From an uncultured Gemmatimonadales bacterium (GTDB lineage: Bacteria > Gemmatimonadota > Gemmatimonadetes > Gemmatimonadales > GWC2-71-9): a stretch of 64,000 nt of DNA. Location of the stretch: the NCBI GenBank assembly GCA_963828735.1, contig CAWHFW010000005.1, positions 2,496,001 through 2,560,000 of the forward strand. The letters run 5' to 3'. Of this stretch, positions 57,237 through 64,000 are shown one piece after another (positions within the stretch are counted from its first letter, which is position 1; every line of letters begins with the position of its first letter). The notes below the pieces were generated by a model. It was not told the origin of the DNA and did not search any database. It saw nothing but the letters and a program-made list of their open reading frames with translations. Both the position numbers and the translations under genes were made by a program.

Positions 57237-57926
57237 TCATCCCCCCAGCGCGATGGTGGCCCAGACCAGCACAACCCCGAGGGCAAGGGTGACCAGGCCG
57301 CCCAGCCACCGGTGCCTCCCGCCGTGCTCCCCGAGGTAGTAACCGCCCAGAAACAGCATCACCAGCGCGATGCCATTGGAGATGCGTAGAGCGCGATGGG
57401 CTTCGTGAATGAAGGCGAACGGGAGCGCTACCGGGAGGGTGGCGAGGAACACCAGTAGAAAGACAGCCAGCGCAGCACCGAAATCGCCGGCCGTGATGGG
57501 CAACTTGGCGGGCGGCTCTGGCAGGCGGGCCAGACGGTCTCGGATGACATCTACTTCCGCGGGCTCCATTGCGGAGGCAATCACCGGAGGCAGTGCCTCC
57601 CGGATCAGGTCATGCGCGCGGGCCGGGTCTGGCGGGCGCCGCACCTGTCTCAGGATGGCGAGATTGCGGCCCCTTTCAGTCACCGTGGCCATCAGGTACA
57701 TCACCGCGTCCACCAGACCCCAGGCGATGTTGCATCCCAGAGCACCGATCAGCATGCTCCGGACCTCGCTCCTGTCCGCCGTGGCCACGCTCAGCGACCC
57801 GGTGAAGGTGAGGGCCATGATCAGGCCGAAGATCACTTCGGAGACCCGATCGACCGGAGTCAAGACGGGAGCCGGGCCCACCGGGTGCGCAACGGAGCCG
57901 GCGAGGATGGTCGACGGGCTCTTCAT
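57237..57926 (-). CDS. VIT1/CCC1-like membrane protein
   Basis: DRVSEVIFGLIMAL, GCNIAWG..D; several TMs. Confidence 0.7.
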   Translation of the reverse strand: MKSPSTILAGSVAHPVGPAPVLTPVDRVSEVIFGLIMALTFTGSLSVATADRSEVRSMLIGALGCNIAWGLVDAVMYLMATVTERGRNLAILRQVRRPPDPARAHDLIREALPPVIASAMEPAEVDVIRDRLARLPEPPAKLPITAGDFGAALAVFLLVFLATLPVALPFAFIHEAHRALRISNGIALVMLFLGGYYLGEHGGRHRWLGGLVTLALGVVLVWATIALGG

Positions 57927-58046
57927 GCGGGAGCCAGGTAGAGGAGGCCGATCATCATGTACACCGCCGAGAGTCGGGTGCGCATCGTTCCCAGCCGCAG
58001 CGGCAGTACCGTGGTGCGGCTCTACAAGAGCTAGTACCGTGGCCGT

Positions 58047-59036
58047 CTACGAAGCAGGACCCTCGCGCTCTCCCACAAGGACCGGGAGAAGCTGCTTGAG
58101 CGTGAGCGTCAGGGGGATGGCCAGCAGCGCTCCCATCGGCCCCAGCACCACGCCCCAGCCGAGCAGTGCCAGCACGATGACCAGGGCCGAGAGTCCCAGT
58201 CCGGCTCCCATGTACTTCGGCTTGATCACGTTGTCCCCGATGAAGTTCACGACAAAGAAGAGCCCGGCCAGCGTGAGGGCTCGGCCCATGCCGGATTCCA
58301 GCAGGGTGATCAGGAGGGGGGGAATCATCGAGAGGACGAATCCGAAGGGGACGAACGCGAACAGGAAGCAGATCACCGTCCAGAGCGCGGGGGCATCGGT
58401 GCCCACCAGCAGCATGATGGCGAGGTCCATCAGCGCGATGACGGCGCCGATCATCCCGTTGAGCCCCACGAAGCGTCGCACCAGCCGCATCGCTTCGTCG
58501 AGCCGGTTCCGGAGGGAACCGGGCCCGGAGTCGGCACCCTGAAACAGGGGAAGCTCGATCAGGAAGAGTACGACGAGCACGAGCGCGAAAAGGCCGTACC
58601 CGACCAGGCCGAGCGCCCCTCCCACCAGCTGGCCCACCTTGGCCATGATCTTCGCCGGGTTTGGCTCGAGGGCCTGATCCACCGCGATCCCTCGCGCCGC
58701 CAGCTTCTGGTTCACACCGTCCACGAGGCCCGCGAGCGAGCTCTGGTACTTGGGGAGATTCTCCGAGAGGCGGCCGAGGGAGCCCGTGAGCACCAGGATC
58801 AGGATGGCTCCTCCCACAAGGGCGAGCACGACCGTGATCGCGATGGCGGTGCCGCGTCCCATCCCGCGGTTCGCCAGCATGAGCGGCAGCGGCGACAAGG
58901 TGGCCGCGAGCAGGAGGGAGACCAGCACCAGGTTCACGACCGGCGCGGCTGCCTGCAGCGCTGCCGCGATGATGGCCAGGCCTGCACCCAGGATTACTAG
59001 TCGGAGGAGTGGAGATCCTCGATCGCTGGACGTCAT
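58047..59036 (-). CDS. AI-2E family transporter
   Basis: DNVIKPK.MG.GLGLS, WG.VLG..GALLAIP. Confidence 0.88.
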   Translation of the reverse strand: MTSSDRGSPLLRLVILGAGLAIIAAALQAAAPVVNLVLVSLLLAATLSPLPLMLANRGMGRGTAIAITVVLALVGGAILILVLTGSLGRLSENLPKYQSSLAGLVDGVNQKLAARGIAVDQALEPNPAKIMAKVGQLVGGALGLVGYGLFALVLVVLFLIELPLFQGADSGPGSLRNRLDEAMRLVRRFVGLNGMIGAVIALMDLAIMLLVGTDAPALWTVICFLFAFVPFGFVLSMIPPLLITLLESGMGRALTLAGLFFVVNFIGDNVIKPKYMGAGLGLSALVIVLALLGWGVVLGPMGALLAIPLTLTLKQLLPVLVGEREGPAS

Positions 59037-59221
59037 AGGTCCTCGCGCTGATGCGGGGGCGATGCGCCTCCGCCCCACCGTCCGGGGCAACTCCTCAAGG
59101 GCGTAGGCTCATCGCGTTGGGCTCGCGAGTCAGGACCACGAGCGCGTGGGTGCTCCTCCACCATACCGTTCGGCCTCCGGTCGCCCCATTACACCTTGGT
59201 AGAGGTCGGGGATGACCGGCC

Positions 59222-60628
59222 TCACGGTGTTGGCGGCCCCGATGCGGGCTCCCGCCGCTGTTCGACGTTTGCCCTGGCCTGGGCAATGTGGCTCTTCAGA
59301 ATGAACAGCTGCTGCGAGTAGCCCAGCGGGACCGACAGGTGGTTCGCCCGCCTCGCCAGATCTTCCAGGGCCGCGGCGAGGTGGTGCGGGGCCTGGCCCG
59401 GACCGGCCCGTTCCAGCTCTGCCTCCAGGATCATCAGCTGGCCGTAGAGACTGTAGATCCGGCGCTCGACCATGTACCGGTAGACTGCAGGCAGGAACCG
59501 GGCGGCGGGGAACACCACGACAAGCAGTGGAATGAGCAGGATCAGCAGGCGCTCCGTCAGGCCTGCCAACCACAACGGGAACACGCGATAGACGAACGGC
59601 AGGCCCGACTGATAGAACTCCCGGGCCTGCCGATTGAGAGGCAAGTTGACGGCCTCGGAAGCGGGGAACCGGCCGGCCTTGTTGAAGATATCCGGGCCGC
59701 CGTGGATCTCGGCGGCGGCCTGGAGCAGCAGGTACTGCAGCGCGGGATGGAGATCCTTGCGCACCACCAGGCTCGTCTCGACGGCGAGCAGCGTCACGTC
59801 CCGCGGCGGGAGGTTCCTCGCCAGGTCGGCCACGCCAGTGGGGAGCACGACCTTGTACAGGCTGGGGAACAGGGCGACATACGCGTCCGCGCGGGGATAC
59901 GCCTGGAGCACGATGCCATCCGCGACCAGGAGTCTCCGCACCACGGGCGACCGCCAGGAGGTGAGCATCGCGGCACCGTCGATCTCGCCGCGTAGCAGCG
60001 CCTCGGCGCTTTGCGCGGGTGGCAGGCTGAGCAGCACGACGCTCGTGTCGGCCACGCCGTTGAGCGCGAGCAACCGGCGAGCCAGGATTCGGGTCGCGCT
60101 GCCCTCGGGCTCGATCGAGATGCGTTTGCCCTTGAGCTTCCGGGCCAGGGCTCCCGGCGTCTGGTCCGGGCCTTCCCCGCCCAGCGCCTGACGGCGGAAG
60201 AACCACCAGAGAGGCGCGAGCGAGATCGTGCCGAGCGAAATGAGGTCCGGCGACTCCTCTTGGGTGGTGAGCCCACTCTCGAGAAAAGCGACCTTCACCC
60301 CTGAGCGCGGGTCGCGCAGGCGCGCGAGGTTCTCGACCCCACCTTGGGTCCGAATCACGTGGAGATCGAACCCCGACCGGTGGAGGACCTCGCGGTAGCG
60401 GGCGCCGAGCTCATATTCGGCGCTCCCCTCCGGTCCGGTCGCCATGATGACCGTATGCGGGGGAAAGGGGTTGCCCACCGTGAGGGCCATCCACACCGCG
60501 GCACCCACGACGGCAAGGACGACGAGAGCTCCCGCGAGCCGTCGGCCACTGCGCGGCCGGGATGACAACATTGGAGTCGGCGCCTCTCGACCGGCCGATC
60601 GCGTCTCAGCGACGCCGGACTGGCTCAT
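59222..60628 (-). CDS. TAXI-family TRAP solute-binding protein with C-terminal TM extension
   Basis: MATGPEGS, T.GGVENL, GKRISI..EGS; start uncertain. Confidence 0.8.
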   Translation of the reverse strand: MSQSGVAETRSAGREAPTPMLSSRPRSGRRLAGALVVLAVVGAAVWMALTVGNPFPPHTVIMATGPEGSAEYELGARYREVLHRSGFDLHVIRTQGGVENLARLRDPRSGVKVAFLESGLTTQEESPDLISLGTISLAPLWWFFRRQALGGEGPDQTPGALARKLKGKRISIEPEGSATRILARRLLALNGVADTSVVLLSLPPAQSAEALLRGEIDGAAMLTSWRSPVVRRLLVADGIVLQAYPRADAYVALFPSLYKVVLPTGVADLARNLPPRDVTLLAVETSLVVRKDLHPALQYLLLQAAAEIHGGPDIFNKAGRFPASEAVNLPLNRQAREFYQSGLPFVYRVFPLWLAGLTERLLILLIPLLVVVFPAARFLPAVYRYMVERRIYSLYGQLMILEAELERAGPGQAPHHLAAALEDLARRANHLSVPLGYSQQLFILKSHIAQARANVEQRREPASGPPTP

Positions 60629-60867
60629 CGTGTGCCATCGGAAATGGAGCCGGTGATCGAAGTGAGCGGGTGGCTCTGGCGTTCGAGAACCTAGGCGGAG
60701 AGTTAGACCCCGTTTCAACGCTCGCCAGTGCACCTTGGTCGAGGCATTCTCCCCCGCAAGGCTGAAGAAGGCTCGGCGCGCTCTCGACGGGCCCATGCTT
60801 TCCCCGCGCCCCGGACGAGTTGAGATTGGTACCACCCGCTTCACGTGAGATTGGGGAACCCCGAGCC

Positions 60868-62166
60868 ATGCCGCGACTGCTGGTGCTGTTCGTGACGGCG
60901 TTCGTGGACATGGTGGGGCTCACCATGATCATCCCTCTGTTGCCGTTCTACGCCACGGAAATGGGTGCGAGCGCCACCTGGGTCGGGGTGCTGGTCTCTG
61001 CCTTCTCGGTGGCCCAGCTGGCCGTGGCTCCGCTGTGGGGCCGCTTCTCCGACCGCTACGGCCGCCGGCCCGCCATCCTCGTGGGGTTGCTGCTCACCGC
61101 CTGCGCCTACGTCATCTTCGCGTTCGCGGGATCGCTGTCGGTGCTTCTCCTGTCCCGTCTCGTGCAGGGGTTGGGCGGCGGCACGATCGGAGTGGTGCAG
61201 GCGTACGTCGCCGACGCCTCGCCGCCCGAGCAACGCACCAGGAGTCTGGGCTGGCTCTCGGCCGTGACCAGCCTTGGCGCCGTCGCCGGTCCGGCCTTCG
61301 GATCGGTGATGATCAGCATTGGGGGAAAGGGCGCGCCGGGGCTCGCCGCGGCGGCGCTCGCGCTCGCGGTTGCGGGGTTCGCCGCGCGCTTCCTGGGCGA
61401 GTCGCGCCAACTCGGGCCGTCGGGGTCGCATGCCGCCCCCTCCACGACCAGTGCGCGCCAGGCGATCGGACGGGTCATCTCCCACTGGCACGAGCCGGCG
61501 TCGCGGCTCATCTGGATCTACACCGTCGGCATCGGCGCCTTCTATGGCACCATCCAGGTCGTGCCGCTTCTGCTCATGGACCGGCTGGGAGTCACCGCAG
61601 GGCACATCGGCTACTTCATCATGTACCTGGGTGGTGCCGGTGTGGTCGTGCGCTCTTTCATGCTGGGGCGGGTGCTGGATCTGCTAGGCGAGGCGCGGCT
61701 CTCCCGACTCGGGATCGTCCTGCTGGCGGCAGGCCTCTGCTGCACGGGCGTCGCCGCACACCGCAGCATCGTCTTCCTCGGCTTCACCCTGATGCCCTTC
61801 GGCACCGCATTTCTCTTCCCCTGCGTCACCGGGCTTCTTTCCCGGGTGGTGCCGGGCAATGAGCGAGGGCTCTACATGGGGGTCCAGCATACCTTCGGCG
61901 GAGTCTCTCGGGTGCTGTTCCCGATCGCCGCGGGCGTCCTGATGGACCAATTCGGGATGGGGGTGCCGTTCTGGATCGCGGGACTTCTGGTGCTCGCTAC
62001 GCTGCCGTTCGCCTGGGCGCTGGCCGAATCGCTGCCGCCTGAATCCCCGGCGACCCTCGCAGTACGGACGGTTTCTTCCGCGGATGTGACGGGGGAATTC
62101 CCGGTGCAACCGGCGGTGCAGGAGGGGTCGGCAGGCGAGTCGGCGGAGCCGCGAAGCACCGCGTGA
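60868..62166 (+). CDS. MFS transporter (TetA/DHA1-like)
   Basis: GRFSDRYGRRP motif A; AYVAD. Confidence 0.9.
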   Translation: MPRLLVLFVTAFVDMVGLTMIIPLLPFYATEMGASATWVGVLVSAFSVAQLAVAPLWGRFSDRYGRRPAILVGLLLTACAYVIFAFAGSLSVLLLSRLVQGLGGGTIGVVQAYVADASPPEQRTRSLGWLSAVTSLGAVAGPAFGSVMISIGGKGAPGLAAAALALAVAGFAARFLGESRQLGPSGSHAAPSTTSARQAIGRVISHWHEPASRLIWIYTVGIGAFYGTIQVVPLLLMDRLGVTAGHIGYFIMYLGGAGVVVRSFMLGRVLDLLGEARLSRLGIVLLAAGLCCTGVAAHRSIVFLGFTLMPFGTAFLFPCVTGLLSRVVPGNERGLYMGVQHTFGGVSRVLFPIAAGVLMDQFGMGVPFWIAGLLVLATLPFAWALAESLPPESPATLAVRTVSSADVTGEFPVQPAVQEGSAGESAEPRSTA

Positions 62167-62224
62167 GCGGCTTCGAACACCGCGCCCACGTCGCTCTCAT
62201 TGGATCGCTAGCGCTCCCGCGACG

Positions 62225-62851
62225 TCATTTCGAGGGCGCAGCGACCGCCGCCGCGATCCCTTCAGCGGCCTTCTGCACCTCCGGGGTGAGAATATCCTCA
62301 CCATCGGCCTGTGCCTTCCGCTTGTCGGACTTCTCGAGGATGACGGTCCCCGAGCCCGACTCCAGCCGGTAGCCCAACGTCAGCTCATCCTTCACCTTCG
62401 TCGCGGTGGCGTAGTTGTAGGCCGCGGCGCCCGCCGCTTGGGCGGCGGCATCGGTCGCGATGCGACCGGCAGTGGAGCCGACGGATCCAGCCGCCGACCA
62501 TGCCCCTTGCTGGATGGCACTGCCCACGGTGCGGCCCAGGAGTCCACCTCCACTACTCTTGTGCTCGTGCTTGAGCGTGGTGAGCAGGAGATAGGGGCAG
62601 GTGGCGGCCTTGGCCTCTTCACGCACCTGGGACTCGAGCCGCGCCGTGAGCGGCGTGACGCTCAGGCTGGGCCCGGTGAGGAAGCTGGTGAAGGTCTCGC
62701 GGACCGCGCTCATCGCGGTGTCCGGGTTGCCCGCGTTGCCTTCGACGGTCGCCGGGGCGAGGCAGATGCGCGCGGCGGGCGGCGCGGTCTGGGCTGCCAA
62801 CGCCACCGGCACGGTGAAGAGAAGCTCGAGAGAAAGCGTGCGAGCCGTCAT
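62225..62851 (-). CDS. Secreted hypothetical protein
   Basis: GAGGAG RBS; signal-like N-terminus; Gly/Ala-rich centre. Confidence 0.6.
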   Translation of the reverse strand: MTARTLSLELLFTVPVALAAQTAPPAARICLAPATVEGNAGNPDTAMSAVRETFTSFLTGPSLSVTPLTARLESQVREEAKAATCPYLLLTTLKHEHKSSGGGLLGRTVGSAIQQGAWSAAGSVGSTAGRIATDAAAQAAGAAAYNYATATKVKDELTLGYRLESGSGTVILEKSDKRKAQADGEDILTPEVQKAAEGIAAAVAAPSK

Positions 62852-62992
62852 TGGCTCCTCGATGCTCGATGAGCTGCTGAAGTTCTCGTGAGATATGGGA
62901 ACCGGGACGCCTGGAGGGCCCCCTCGTCGGGTGGACCTGCACGATTGTATGGCCCAGCGGGGACTGGTGCAACCGCCGCCTTCACACCGGGT

Positions 62993-63913
62993 TCAGGGGA
63001 CGGAATGGCCCATGCCGGGATTCGCTGTCGCCAGGAGGTGCGGCAGCCGAACGATCTCGGAGCGAACGACTACCGCGCCCAACAGGATCAAGAGCAGCGC
63101 CCCTGCGGTGGCGGGCGGCGCGTCGAGCGCCAACAACCACAGCGGCACGAGAATGCCCCCCACGATCGCCAGCATGCCGATGACCGCGAGAGCGCGGAAA
63201 CCACGGGCCGCCGACAGCGGGCCGCGAAGATCGGCCAGGAGCAGACCCAGCACCAGCAGGTTCAGGGGCAGCAGCAGCCTCAGCGCGAGGCGGAGCACGA
63301 TCGCGGCCTCGGGTTGCCGCGCGGCCATTGCCAGGAGCAGCAGCTCGGCCGAGCCCAGCACCAGGGCCGAGTTGACCAGGTAACCGCCCAGCCACCGAGC
63401 GTCCCCCCAGCCGCGCTGCGCCGTGGTGCTGAACAGGACGCCCTTGTACGCCGCCGCACCCACCGCGAGCACCAGGCCGACGACGAGAGTCAGCCGGCGC
63501 GCCCACTCGAGACCCGCGCTCGCAGGCACAAGGCCCATCACCGTGACCGCCGTGAGCAGAACGGCGTAGGCCGCGAGGCACCACGTGCCAAGCGACATGG
63601 GCGAGCTGGGCTTCCACACCCTGAGCATATGATGAAACCGGAACGGGTCGCCCAGATCCAGCACCAGGCACACGAGGTCGCCGATCAGGAAGAGCAGCGC
63701 GATCGGATACGCCAGCGCCGCCAGCGACTTGAAGCTCTCCGGCACCACCAGCTCTCCGAGCGCCGCCACAAGGAAAAGGCCCGAGCTCAGATTGTTGAGC
63801 AGCAGATCCAGCGTGACGAGCCCGTGCCAGTTCGGCGGCTTCGTCACGGGGCGGTCCGAGTAGCCGGTCGCCGTGGCCTGCGCGGTGGGATCGATGTTCA
63901 GGGGCGCGGTCAC
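62993..63913 (-). CDS. NrfD/PsrC-family membrane anchor subunit
   Basis: LVLDLG.P.RF, SPMSLG.W, YKGVLFS; multiple TMs. Confidence 0.85.
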   Translation of the reverse strand: MTAPLNIDPTAQATATGYSDRPVTKPPNWHGLVTLDLLLNNLSSGLFLVAALGELVVPESFKSLAALAYPIALLFLIGDLVCLVLDLGDPFRFHHMLRVWKPSSPMSLGTWCLAAYAVLLTAVTVMGLVPASAGLEWARRLTLVVGLVLAVGAAAYKGVLFSTTAQRGWGDARWLGGYLVNSALVLGSAELLLLAMAARQPEAAIVLRLALRLLLPLNLLVLGLLLADLRGPLSAARGFRALAVIGMLAIVGGILVPLWLLALDAPPATAGALLLILLGAVVVRSEIVRLPHLLATANPGMGHSVP

Positions 63914-64000
63914 GTCCGCGCTCCACCGAGGACCAGGGCAGCCAGCAAGACCGCGAGCGACAGCAGTCCGCTCAGCACCGCACGCAGATAGTCGCCCTTC
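63910..64000 (-). CDS. 3' end of the upstream gene (TM tail; probably an Fe-S subunit partner of NrfD), partial
   Basis: KGDYLRAVLSGLLSLAVLLAALVLGGART*; GTGA overlap with the NrfD start. Confidence 0.5.
   Translation of the reverse strand, partial: KGDYLRAVLSGLLSLAVLLAALVLGGART

Overview
GC-rich bacterial window. The gene content (several Hanks-type Ser/Thr kinases with LAHDLKHxRxVAIKVL-type N-termini, an ADOP-type permease remnant) suggests Gemmatimonadota; this is inference. The dominant unexplained structure lies in the left ~43 kb: a same-orientation repeat with 8 near-complete copies and at least 6 partial copies. Each near-complete copy has (i) a conserved ~130 bp leader, (ii) the 3' half of a tRNA-Gln(CUG) starting exactly at the 7-nt anticodon loop (CTCTGGA-TCAGG-AGAGT-CCTGG-T loop-CCAGG-AGGGGCA-A), (iii) one or two small double-hairpin units inserted in the T-loop, and (iv) a terminator-like hairpin, in several copies followed by arm-like direct repeats. 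The repeats delimit 1-5 kb blocks of unrelated accessory genes, mostly pointing back toward the preceding repeat. No intact integrase is present, only a decayed tyrosine-recombinase-like remnant at ~300-469. This looks like an integron-like, tRNA-anchored array of small non-autonomous integrative cassettes. Other notable items: an OFA-MFS/Cache fusion, an ECF sigma/anti-sigma pair with a matching promoter pair, an MDR enzyme missing its catalytic Zn ligands, a rearranged multicopper oxidase, a DES1-like desaturase, a RiPP-like peptide, a deleted duplicate of the NMO-carbonic anhydrase region and several frameshifted genes. All product calls come from reading motifs by eye; no database searches were run.
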